From NCBI GenBank assembly GCA_965153355.1, contig OZ231126.1, positions 3,286,001 through 3,350,000 of the forward strand: 64,000 nucleotides of DNA, read 5' to 3'. The translations under genes were made by a program, and so were the position numbers. The stretch's first letter is position 1. Every line of letters starts with the position of its first letter. The DNA comes from Flaccisagitta enflata. Taxonomy: Eukaryota. Positions 25,094 to 36,877 of the stretch are shown here, in pieces. The notes below the pieces were generated by a model, which had not been told where the DNA came from, ran no database searches, and worked only from the letters and a program-made list of their open reading frames with translations.

Positions 25094-25393
25094 TGCTTGC
25101 GTGCTGATTGCGTGCTGATTGCGTGCTGATTGCCTGCGTATGTGTGTTTCAACTTGCAACGCATGACAAACTGCATGATTATAAGAAAAGTCATATCACC
25201 ATCGGTCTTGCGGTCATCGCCCAAATTTGGAGCAAGGGAGTTTCCATCGACGAGTGAATGAGCTCGCTCAGCCACCTGATCATCGACTTCTGAATGAGCT
25301 CGCTCAGCCACCTCATCATCTACTTCTGATTGAGCTTGCTCAGCTACCTCATCCTTGATATGCAGATGAAACATCCCAAATACTCCCATGAAA
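25036..25393 (-). CDS. Candidate exon 2 of an orphan gene with 13-aa acidic repeats; 3' end uncertain
   Basis: Strong acceptor TTGTTTTTTACTTCCTCAG|; frame FMGVFGMFHLHIKDEVAEQAQSEVDDEVAERAHSEVDDQVAERAHSLVDG...; phase matches the exon at 26733-26848. Confidence 0.4.
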
Positions 25394-25696
25394 CTGAGGA
25401 AGTAAAAAACAAGTAACACTGAGTTACATTATTGTTGTTGACAGGTGGGCAGGGGCTCACAACCCCCTCCACACCCACAAACACATGCAAGAAATGCGCG
25501 TTTCTACACTAATTGTCTTATTCATCAAAAATTAATGAATCAACAGACTGACAGACTGACCAACGGACAGCTGAACGGACTGACCGACAGACAAAGCCTC
25601 TTGTGGAGTCACAATTTCGCGACTGAAAACAGAGTAGAGACATGTACTTACATGAATTGGGAGGAAAAAAAAATCTTTATTTGGGTAATACATATA

Positions 25697-26569
25697 CAGT
25701 GGAGCACCGCTAGAGCGCACCCGCTAATGAGGCATGCCCGCCTATAAGGCATATAACTTACTGTCCCATGAGAGATTTTGTTGTTGTTTCTATACTGGTA
25801 ATAAGGCAGTTTTACTATAAGGCACAATTTTGCTCAGTCCCTTGCACGTATTGGGTATTGTATCTGTTTCACAATACTTGCAGGTATTGGGTTTACCCAA
25901 TATGACCAATCAGTTTTGTAAAAAATACAATACAATACAATATGGTACAATACATTAAAATTTTCCAAAAAACTTTTTGTTAGTATGGTTTATTAACTCA
26001 TATTAATGAAAGATTTAAAAAAGATTATTTTTGATAAAAAAAATATTTTCATATACATAGATTAATGATTAAATGCTTTACTGCACAAGCGCTTTTAATC
26101 AATGGAACAAAGTTGTTTAGAGAGATTTTTTCAGTATATAAATGTCTGGTTTAACTCAACTTCAAAGAATTTAATTTTCTTTTTTGCATTTGCTAAAACT
26201 GGTTGATAGCAAATGTCCCAAACATGCAACGAAAATGTTTTTTGTAGAATCTTTTGATGATGTAGGAATCAAAATAGGATTGAAATCTAACTGATTCATG
26301 ACAGCAATTAGTTTATAGCACATTGATTGAAATTTAACTATTTATTAAATGATGAGATTTTCTTTGTATATTGATTGGGTAATGGGTATTAGGTATTGGG
26401 TATTAATTGGGTATTGTACCCCAATACTTAGGAGTATATTATTGTATTGTATAGTATTGAAATCGCCCCAATAGTTGGCTAAACTGTATAGTAAATTGTA
26501 TAGTTAAAAAAAAAAGCCAGTATCGCCCGGGCTTGGTCCCTTGAAATGCGGTCTAGTGGAGCGCAACTG
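25697..26569. mobile_element. Tc1/mariner-type MITE interrupted by a second element
   Basis: TA|CAGTGGAGCACCGCTAGA ... TCTAGTGGAGCGCAACTG|TA. Confidence 0.7.
25845..26535. mobile_element. hAT-like non-autonomous element rich in TATTG motifs
   Basis: Exact 8-bp duplication GTCCCTTG at 25837-25844 and 26536-26543; a related fragment lies at about 24915-25043. Confidence 0.7.
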
Positions 26570-26732
26570 TATGACTTTGCAGTATTATAACGATAAGCTT
26601 CGGCTTACAATCATTGATACAAAATAACCACGTTATCTGCTTAATCATAAAATTAAAACCAATGCGCATGGATGTCATTTCTTCTTATTTCTATTTTTTC
26701 TTCTTTTTTTTTTTTTTTTTTTTGTTACTTAC

Positions 26733-26848
26733 GTGAGATAATTTCTGATCATAGAAAAAGCACATCTTGATTCTGATTTGATTGGAGGCTTCTCTGGAAC
26801 CACCTCAAGCTTAACTGTGTTTTGATGGTCACAAATTTTGTCTGACAT
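26733..26848 (-). CDS. Candidate first coding exon of an orphan gene
   Basis: First ATG after an in-frame stop; MSDKICDHQNTVKLEVVPEKPPIKSESRCAFSMIRNYL then AC|GTAAGT consensus donor (phase 2). Confidence 0.45.
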
Positions 26849-28157
26849 TGCGCGCTGTGGTCTTTTCTTGGACCAAACAATCAGAACAATTTTTGTCTTA
26901 TCTTGTTTTCAACTACCTGAAGATGCTCTCAAAAAATTTGATTTATACTATTATTGATTATTAGAATTGATAATATTAATATCAATCAATTTGATATCAT
27001 TAATATCATAGTATTAACAACCGTCGATTGGAAAGACAAAATGTGGAAACCAGAGATCAATTTGTCGTCCCTCTTGCATTGGAAGTAAAAGAGGTGTGAC
27101 ATTGCATTTGATGGATAATTCAGTTAGGTGTGCCATTTTTCATTAGTTCCTTTGATCTGACCCTTTGAATTGAAGAATAAATAGATAGAAATCATATGTA
27201 TGCTAGTGTTTTGGTTTTTTTTCTTTTTTTGATGTTTTGTTACATGCTACACAATACTAAAAGCTATTTTTTGTTGGTTGGTAGGTCAGTCTTTTAGTGG
27301 AACGGTCAGTCAACCAGCTAGGTGATCTGCCTATTGTTCAACCTATCACTAAATCTTTTTTTTACTCTTAATATCATTAAGTCTTTTTTTGTCAAGATCT
27401 CCAACGGATGTCTTGTTTTTTTCATCAGTTTCATTCATTCATTCATTCATTCATTCATTCATTCATTCATACAAACATATAGGTGGTTAGTTGACATTGT
27501 TTTTATATGGGCGCTCAATTACTATCTTGCTCAAATTAAGAGTCCTCGTCATAGAAATTAATCATTTAGTCTTAAAAAATGATTTGTAAAACCTGTTCTT
27601 TTTGATAAAAGTTCATTTTAGTATTTTTTTGGCAGTAACCTTTGCTTGTATAGCAACTGTTATGGTCTCTTGCTACCTTACCATTAATTTGCGTGTGACA
27701 TGTTTCACAACTTCTTTATCTGTTTTTGCTTTTCTAGTTTTAAGGCAAACCTTGTTGTAAAATCTAAACAATTTGAGCAAATGAGCTCTGCTTGGTGGCA
27801 AATGAAAGCTCTTTTGAAGCTCTTTACATTGGTCACCAATTTTCCTGACCTTCTATGATTGATATGTACAGGATATACCCATATAAAAACACTAGAATTT
27901 TGAAAAAAAAATTTACCTCATACATCAAAGTGAATCATTTTACTTTTTCTGCTGTAAAATCTGAACAAATTGAGCTACAGATCTCTGCTTGGTGGCATTT
28001 GATCACATTTTTGCAGGGCTTTCTAACGGTCACCAATTTTTATATATTTTGTGTAATAATTTAGCCACAATTTAAGAAAACATGGCGGACTCTTATTTTG
28101 AGCAAGATAGTACTTGTTAGCTATCATATTATCTTATATACTAAAGAAGGAAGAATG

Positions 28158-29678
28158 GGGGCATCCTCTGAATCACGAAATTCATGCTTAAGTTAGAATT
28201 ATTTCCACTGAAGCACACCCTAGTGCTTCAGTGGAATGAGAAATAACTAGTACTTTTAGCAATTCGAGCTTCAGTGGAATTGAACATAACTGATTTTGTC
28301 ACAGTAGATCAAACTTATCTTTTTAGCCAAATAAATCAATAAATCCACTGTTTTTTTTTCTTTACTTAAGTATACTTACTAAGTATATGAAAATTGAAAC
28401 AATATCCCTCACTATACTCAATCTAAACAAATGGAAAAGGGCCTTGTCAACCCTCATCGGCTAGTGACTCCTTACATCACTCCTAGTTTTCTACAAAACA
28501 GAATCTGAAAAATCTGTAAATACCGAAAAGAGAAGATGTTTTAACATCAACTTAGTTATTATCCCTTAAAAAAAAATTACGGGTGAGAAAATTTGTTTAG
28601 TTGATAACATAAAACTTTAAATGATAGTTAAAAAAATCAACAATAAAAACAAGATTCATAAGGTAAAAATTTGGAGATATTTGAAGATGAAAAAAAAACC
28701 TTCTGTTTCAATTCAAAAAATCAAATTAATTTCTTACTTCACTGAAATATTTGCACTCAGTCATTGCTGTATGAAAAGAGGTCAAGAGTCAATCCACTAA
28801 AGCACGAATTCCAATTCCACTGAAGCACCAGTAATTGCTTCAGTGGAATAGTATGACAGGCCTTATTTTTTAGATCAGGTTCGTGATTCCGAGTGAATAG
28901 GCTGAAAGAATGAATAAGAGGGGTTTTGTTACATTCCTATCCATTGAATCACGAACTCAGGCACAAATTGGGCCAGTCAGGCCCATTCCACTAATTACGA
29001 CCTCGTGCTTAGTGGAGCGGAGCTAGTGGCTTCCGGCTCGATCTTGATATCTCTGTCTACAATCTATTCCCTCTTTTCACTGCAATGAAATAAGAAGTCA
29101 CTAAGGTTTTTTTGATTGGTTGCAAATATTGTAATAGAATAAGGAACTTATTTGATTTCTTTTAATTCAGAATTGTTTTTTTCTTTTCTTTTTCTAAATT
29201 ATCATCTTTGAAAATCTTTATATTTTCTTTATTTCAATTTTTCTCTTTCTTTTATCATGAAACACTTTCCTATACTTATTCTTCTCCTATAAATTTTTGT
29301 TTTTTTGAAGGAAAATAAATTTTCTTACATGCCATTTTTTTTTTTTCAAAATGATGAAAATTAAGCAAATGTAAAAAAAATGCTTTCTTTTTTAAATAAA
29401 AATTCTCAAAAAGAAAAAGGGAGAGATTAAAAGTAGCAGAGCAGATATTGAGAGAAATAGAAAGAAAGGATGGGATCTCTTGATTTCATCAAATAAGCAT
29501 TAAAAAAAAAATATTTTGACTATCTTTTCTACCGTGACAAAAAAAGTTACTTCCAATTCCACTGAAGCTCGAATTTAAAAAGACACTAGTTATCTTTCAT
29601 TCCACTAAAGCACTAGGGTGTGCTTCAGTGGAAATAAGTTTAACTTAAGCACGAATTTCGTGATTCAGAGGATGCCCC
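28158..29678. mobile_element. Non-autonomous TIR element of about 1.5 kb with about 125-bp TIRs and internal TTCCACTGAAGC motifs
   Basis: GGGGCATCCTCTGAATCACGAAATTC... / ...GAATTTCGTGATTCAGAGGATGCCCC; the motif recurs in both orientations within the TIRs and at about 28790-29030. Confidence 0.85.
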
Positions 29679-30342
29679 TTTGTTACTTTTATCAATCAGA
29701 CCCAAAAAAAGGTAATATCATATCATTTTAAACATTAGTTTTTAGCAAAGGATACCTCAGATTAGACTTAATTTTGAATATTGGCTGACCCAATTGATTC
29801 TTGTTATGTGCTTTATTTGTCTAGCCTGTTGGCTTTCGGAGTGGCATGCTCCTTTGTATTTGTTTGGTGTGTGTTTCGTCCCGGCCGTTCCCAACTGGAA
29901 AATTTATTTTCCAGCTCAGAATCATCACTTGGTCGGTTGCTTTGATAATACAATGGTTGATTCGATAATACCTTGGTTGGTTTGATAACATGTTGGTTGG
30001 TTTGTTGGTTGGATCATTTCAAATCATTTCAATCAAACTCTACAAATTCATCCTATTCTTTGTCTCCTACAGCGAATATATAGAATTTATAGTCTCTTGG
30101 AAATTGAAATGATGTACTATCTAGAGCAAAAGTATGGAAACACTTAAGTTAATGCATAGTTTATGCAAAAATTTTCTGTAAAAAAAACCTTAAAAATATA
30201 TCAGATATTTATTTAAACATCTTGGAGGTTCAATAAGTCATTGAGTATGGGTTTTTGAACAATTTCAAATGAATGATAGAGATAAATGCATTATGTATCT
30301 TCTTTTCCATGAAAACTGTTTAGGATCATTCTTTAGTCCGTA

Positions 30343-31090
30343 CCGGGTCATCAATCTCAACTGAAAAAATTTTTTAAGCTTTTGTGCCTCAATGGTTTAT
30401 TTTCATGATCTGAATTGAATTTTCCATTGAAGTACTATGTTTGACTTTTTTTTTCGGTCCAAATTTCACTGGTCTAGGTTGAATAGTTCGTCTGCAGCCT
30501 CAATTTGCAGTAATTTAGGTATTTACAGCTGAAGAGAAATTAAATATGGCTTACAAGAATGTCTTTCTTTAAAATGCTCTCATTTCTAAACCGTTAGAGC
30601 TAAAAATGCCAGATTGGTCTCAAATGAAAGATAATTTGATGTAGTTTTTCATATTTCCTTTGGTTGGTGAATGAATTGGCATTTATAGTAAGTTTCATAT
30701 CCTTGAAATCGTTTTTTTAGCAAAATTCCTTTGATTTTTGGATATTTCAACAAAAAGCATGACTGTTTTCCTCTTTTTGAGAGCTAAAACTACATTAAAT
30801 CATCTTTCATTTGAGACCAATCTGGCATCTGTAGCTCAAGCTGTTAAGAAATGAGACCAATTTAAAGAGGAACTTCTTTGTCAAACAACAGTTTTCCTAT
30901 ATTTTACCTCTAAAACTACTCATACTTCAAATTGACATAAAATGAAAACTATTCGAGCCAAGTTCATAAAATTTTGATACAAAAAACGTCAATCAATGCT
31001 CTTTGAGGAAAAATTGATTTCAGATCACTCAGCTGGGGCATCTCTGAGAAAAAGCTTAAAAGAATTTTTCAAACGAGATTGATGGCTGTG
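30343..31090. mobile_element. TA-flanked foldback MITE
   Basis: CATCAATCTC / GAGATTGATG termini; internal arms ATGCCAGATTGGTCTCAAATGAAAGAT / ATCTTTCATTTGAGACCAATCTGGCAT. Confidence 0.75.
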
Positions 31091-32094
31091 TATTTTGTAC
31101 TTTTTTAGTTTTTTTTTTTTTGCAATAGAGTTTGGAGTATTTGACCAAATCACCTAGTGGCAAGTATATCACCTAGTGGAAGTATATTCTGCAGTATCTG
31201 CATACAAGAGTGCGTATAAGAGGAGTTTCCAACTTGATATACGCATTTTGACGTTTTCTAAAGTTTCCCCACTAAAACTCTAAGTTTTCATATGAAAGAA
31301 GTTTCTCTAGATGCTAGGATTTAACTGATATAACACATAACTAACTTTCTATGTTAAGTAGTAAGCAAGCTCATTAGACCTAAGTCACGTGCGTCGGCAC
31401 TTCCAAAAAATGTCAGGCAGACAGCGGACAAATTTTTTTTCTTCTCAAAAGCACTTATTAAAAGAATTTTTACTCCTCCTAGATTCTCCTCTGCCATACA
31501 GAGCTATAAAAAACGCGATAAAAAGCCTTAAAAACAACTTTGTTACGGATGGACCGACCCACTAAAGGCCATGGACTGCGCTAGATGGCTCGTTGGGTCA
31601 AAATCCTTCATCCCTGCAATATGGCTAAAACTAAGTAGAATGGTCATAGTAGCATTTTAGCATACATTACCAGTCCATTTGACAGGTTTTATGGCGATTT
31701 AGAGTGAAAAAGAGCGACCTTAATGGACATTACAACGGAAAATGCTGAGTTTCAAGAAAAATCAATGATTTTTTTGGATTATCGGTTGAGGATACAAAAA
31801 GCTCATTATATCTTCAATAAGGTATTGGATTCCTTCATTTATGTTTACATGACTAGAAAAATTTAAAAAAACATCATTTTTTACATTTTTAGCACTAATA
31901 AATTAGCCTACAATAACTACACTTTTGACCTAATTTGCATGCTTTATTAACCAATGAATAAAAAAAATCGCACAAGGACGCACAATGAGCGACCTATGCC
32001 AAAATGTAGCTAAAGGGGTCCTGAATTCAGAATGCTATGGCTCAAGCCGTACAAAGACGTACAAATTGCGATTTTTTGGTCCTAAACTGGACTG

Positions 32095-32226
32095 GAGGAT
32101 GTTCACGAGTATTGCTTAAGCATTGCTTAGCAAGTCTTGAGCAATGCTTGAGCATGCTTGAGCAATGCTTGAGCAATGCTTAAGTGTTGCTAAGCAATGC
32201 TTAAGCAATGACCGTGAACACCCTCC
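32095..32226. mobile_element. Small palindromic MITE with TGCTTGAGCAA repeats
   Basis: GGATGTTCACG / CGTGAACACCC ends; 11-bp internal units arranged symmetrically. Confidence 0.6.
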
Positions 32227-32350
32227 TGGTAATAATGTGGAAAAAAGGAAAAAAAGCAGTTTTTGGTTGAATTGTCTTGTTTTAAATCAAACCGATATAA
32301 TTTGTGTTGCTCTTATTCTTCTTGAAACTTCCCCCCATATTTCCCTAGTA

Positions 32351-32476
32351 TCTTCTTCTTCTTCTTCTTCTTCTTCTCCTTCTTCTTCTTCTCCTTCTTC
32401 TTCTTCTTCTTCTTCTTCTTCTTCTTCTTCTCAGTTGACTTTATAAAGGATGAATTCATTTCTGCAACCTTCACTC

Positions 32477-32508
<32 letters not shown>

Positions 32509-32883
32509 CTTCTTCTTCTTCTTCTTCATCTTCTTCTTCATCTTCTTCTTCTTCTTCTTCTTCTTCTTCTTCTTCTTCTTCTTCTTTTTCTTATTCTTCT
32601 TCTTCCTCATCTTCTTCTTCTTCATTGTCTTCTTCTTCTTTTTCTTCTTCTTGGTGTAATGATACCAATATACAACGATGTTGTTATTATCTCTCCTCTT
32701 TCTTTCTTTCTTTCTTTCTTTCCTTCCTTCCTTCCTTCCTTCCTTCCTTCCTTCCTTCCTTCCTTCCTTCCTTCTTTCTTTTTTCCGTTCTTCCTTTTTT
32801 CCATTCTTTTTTTCTTCCATTTTTTTTCTGCTTTTTCTCTTTTTTTTTTTTTTTTTTTCTTTTTCTTTCTTTCTTTTTTTTTT

Positions 32884-32929
<46 letters not shown>

Positions 32930-32955
32930 TTTCTTTCTTTCTTTCTTTTTCTTTT
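32351..32955. repeat. (TTC)n, (TTTC)n, (TTCC)n polypyrimidine microsatellite cluster
   Basis: Directly visible. Confidence 0.95.
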
Positions 32956-32959
32956 GTAC

Positions 32960-35900
32960 ACTAAGCTCATAAATCTCTTAATCCAATAGAAATGAGTCAA
33001 TATTGGATATAAATAGTTTCATATCTCAGATGTTAAAAGACTTAATCGTTTAATTCAACTAACAGCAAAAGATATAAATAGTAAGAAGTATCTCCAACTA
33101 TCAATGGATAAGTAAACCTGGACTGTGGACCAGGCAAGACTTGTGCTTAAAGTCAACACATGGTCTTGGCGGGTTTAGAGGCTTCCCATCACCCTTGCTA
33201 TTACCCATACCAAAACATAGAGGAGATAATAAAAAAATAGGAGAATAAATCATAAAAAGTTTAAAAAAGGTTGTGGTGGAGAAGATACAGTGTAGTGAAA
33301 TGACAGTATTGATAGGACAGGTAAGGAAAGGTGAAGATGAGGAAGGGATAGGTCATGTGATCAACAGGGCTTCAGTGGTCGAAGGTAGTGTGTAGATAGT
33401 TGAAATAAAGGAAAAAACAAATGGTCAAAGAAGATTGAGGCAGTGTAAGGTAGAGGTAGAGGGAGATATGCGATAAGATAAACAAAAAGGTAGTGAGTGG
33501 GTTAGGTAGGAGGTAGGGGTTGGTAGGAGGTTGGGTAGGATAGGGTAGGTAGGAGATGGGGTTAGTTAGATAGAGAAGGTAGGATGTATGGGTAGAAGGG
33601 TAGGCAAGGGTAGCTAGGTAGGGGTAGGTGAGAGGTTGGAGTAGGTAGGTAGGAGGTAGGGCTGGGTCAAAGGTGGGGGTAGCAGAGTGGGTGGGAGGTA
33701 GTGGTAGGAGGGTAGGAAGAAGGTAGGGGTAGGTTGGGGGAGAAACTTAGATCAGGAGTAGAACGAAAGAGTCTTATTCCAAACCAACTTTAAGGCTATG
33801 TAAATAGTACAGAAAATTGGGAAGGAATAAGAAAAAACTTTAAATTTAAACTTAAAAACTAAAAACTTAAAATTTTGAAAAATGAAAAAACTTTAAACTT
33901 AAATTTTTTAGAAAACTTAAAAATTTTTTAAAAAACTTTAAAAACTTTAAAATTTTTTCAAAATTTTCCAAAAACTTTTAGAATTTTTTCAAAATTTTCA
34001 AAATTTTTTTTAAAAAACCAAAAACTTAAAAAAATTTTTAAAAATTTTAAAAAACTTAGACTTAAAAACTTAGAATTTGAAACTTAAAATTCAAAACTTG
34101 AAATTGAAAATTTAACTAAAATGAAAACTAGAAGTCTTGATTTTTGAAAAACCTTAAAAATATATTCAAAACCAGTGAAAATCATAAGAGCAACCGGCAT
34201 ATTACCTTTAGTAAGTCAAGCAAAAGAGTAAGCAACAACTGCTAAAGTCTATGTAAATAGTACACAAGCAACAGTTGCCAAATGCTAAAATCATTGAGGC
34301 TATGTAAATAGTCCACCATGCTTAAAGCAAAGACCCTAAGGTTGACTTAAGTAACTCAAAATATCACTTCGTGAGTCGAAACCGGGTACAGGCTGGGAGA
34401 AGGACATAGGGACAGGCAAGACAGATTGACCAGATACAGGCTGAGAGGATGTAGAGACATCTAAAGCAGATTGACTGTCCGGGCGTTCATTCATTATGCG
34501 TTTGAACCAGGCATTGAAATCAAAAGGAAGAGACCACTTTTGAAACTCAGAGATATACTTTCTTACTGCTTTACAAAATTCCTTTTCAAGCCGAGAGATA
34601 ATGTAACCACGTCCTTTCAGAACAATACCTAAATGTCTAGTCCTTGTCTCAAAATCACAGCGATTAGAACACAACCTTTGGAATCGAATGACCTGACTGT
34701 AAAAAACTCGATAACATAGACCATTATCAATGTTGCTTTCAAGGAAGGGAAAAGAGATGACTTCAAAGGGGAAATGATCTGTCTTACAATAAACCTTTGT
34801 AGTACAAATAGAGTTTGCAATGCTAACCTCCATATCAAGAACATTAGCCTTACCGGGATCTTCATTTTCCTGCGTTAACGACAAGCTCTGTGGATAAATC
34901 TCTCTAGCAATATCAATGAAGTTGGGACAATTAAGAGTAGTGCAATCGTCTCTGTAACGTCTGAAAAACTTAAGCCTGCAAGCATCTTCCCTTAAACCAG
35001 AGGAGACCTTAGATTTAACGTAACGAAATTCATCAACCATCAAAGAGCAATCAGAGAGCCAACCAGAAATTTTGCCACCCATGATAATACCTTTTACTTG
35101 CTGAAAGATGTGACCAAAAGCCTTGATATAGGTTTCTTTAACCAAAAAAGAAACCATATCTAAAACCTCACCAACTGTGTAAGAATCTGAGTCACTAGCA
35201 TTGGAAACCCAACGTGCCTTATCAAAATCTATCTTGATACAACTCTTACCGCTATTTTTACTCAAAGTGTCAAGCAGCCATCGGATGTTGGAAAGTAGAT
35301 GTTCATGATCAAACAGAGTATAAAGTGTGGAGAAATCATTAATGGAAATGGAAGCAACTGAACCGTATGCACCATCAAACATATCTTTCACTTCAGTACT
35401 AGTCTCGACATCGAAGCAATATTTAATACCTGAGTAGCTCTCATATACCTTACAAAGGTTTCAAAAGTGTGATTTGCACATCTTCAGGATCTTGGCTACT
35501 TTATCATCCAGCATAGAATTTACAGTATTCACATTACCATCGATATATCTCATTTTTGGGTGGTTTTTATGAAATTTAGGTGTTTGATATAGAACAGCTA
35601 GGTTGAGCTGTGAGCTAGGGGGAGTGATTGAAAATCTCATAAGATCATTTTTTAATCTATCACAGACAACTTGTTCACTATCGGGGCAAAACAAATAAGT
35701 TTCATTACCTGGTGTTGGATTGTTTAAACCTAATTCTTCAGCTAATCTTAAGAAATAAAATTTTTTACAAGTAAATGCATAGTTGCCTGCTGCTTTGTCA
35801 ACTACGGTAATGACGAATTTTTCTTGTAACCTCTTTAATTCATTCAAACATGATCTTTTGCTTAATGTGGGTACATTAAACCTTGTATCTTTAGCAATTG

Positions 35901-36810
35901 ATTGTAATTTTTCATCAAAATTAGAAATGATACATTTTTTCCATAGTTTTAATGCTGAATGGGGGATTTTAAATTTTTTAGAAATTTTACTAATGAGAGT
36001 TTTACAGTTATTTCTAAATTTTTCTTTTATAGAACCAAGATTGAAGCGCGGGATGTCTCTGAACTTGGTTCCAAATGAACATAGTTTACGTAGGTCAGTC
36101 TCCTGAATGATATTCAGATCACCTGTGATAACATGATCAAAATTTGGGTTTTAAAAACAGAGTCAGCACATTCACAAGACAAAGATTGAATATCCCCATA
36201 AGAAAGATTTCCGGTAGACTTTAAAATCTTATTATAATTCAAAATTTTACTACTTACTGGATTCTCAAATTTGAAAATTTTTCGTATTTTTAATTTGGTT
36301 CTGATAGTGGGAGGTAATAATTTTGAAATTTTGGGGTTATTTAAAATAGAGTTTATGTTAATCAATTCTAAAGATTTATGAGAGAAATCAATACTCCAAT
36401 CTAACGGTACAACTTCCTTTCCAATGGGTTTTAACTTACGAGCAAAGTCAACACGGGTTACCAGAAGATGTCTAAGTTTTGGTCTTAGCTGATTAGCTAA
36501 GGTTGATAAAAGAAAACGTTCTAAATATTTTCGGGGTTTGCTTAGAATAAAGGCTTCAATATTTCTAGGTTGGGAATCAAATTTAGAATTAAGATCGTCC
36601 AGGAATTGCCTGAAATGATCAATAGTTGGGGCTTTTCGCTTTTTCTTTCTATGTCTATTTTTATGGCTACGTGTTGGTTTCTTTTCACAAATACTACTTT
36701 CTTGCTTTTTTTCTCTACTCCAAAGTTGTCTATCATTTTCCCCTCCCTCTCCCAACATATCTTTTTGCGCTACCGCTTTTTAAAAATGTGAACTTTTTCT
36801 TTAGGGGGGT
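32960..36810 (-). mobile_element. Penelope-like retroelement, Naiad-type, 5'-truncated; boundaries approximate
   Basis: Contains the RT pseudogene below plus about 1.3 kb of putative 3' UTR ending beside a microsatellite cluster. Confidence 0.75.
34336..36758 (-). pseudogene. Naiad-type PLE ORF: CxC linker plus reverse transcriptase, with one frameshift and one in-frame TGA
   Basis: Joined reading: SCECADSVFK, a 1-nt frameshift near 36150, then NPNFDHVITGDLNII...FGTKFRDIP...VVDKAAGN...LYQTPKFHK...SHF, TGA at 35461-63, then NLCKVY...NDFSTLYT...QVKGIIMG...RYRDD...LDMEV...YSQVIRFQRLCS...RGY. No C-terminal GIY-YIG domain. Confidence 0.88.
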
Positions 36811-36877
36811 GTACTGTATTGGCTGTGATATATACTTAGCTGAGATATATTTAGCTGTGATATATTTAGCTGAGATA

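Noticed and set aside
33140-33200. SECIS candidate (GTGA-12 nt-AAA on the minus strand)
   Set aside because: The downstream strand does not pair with the 12-nt arm, so helix II cannot form.
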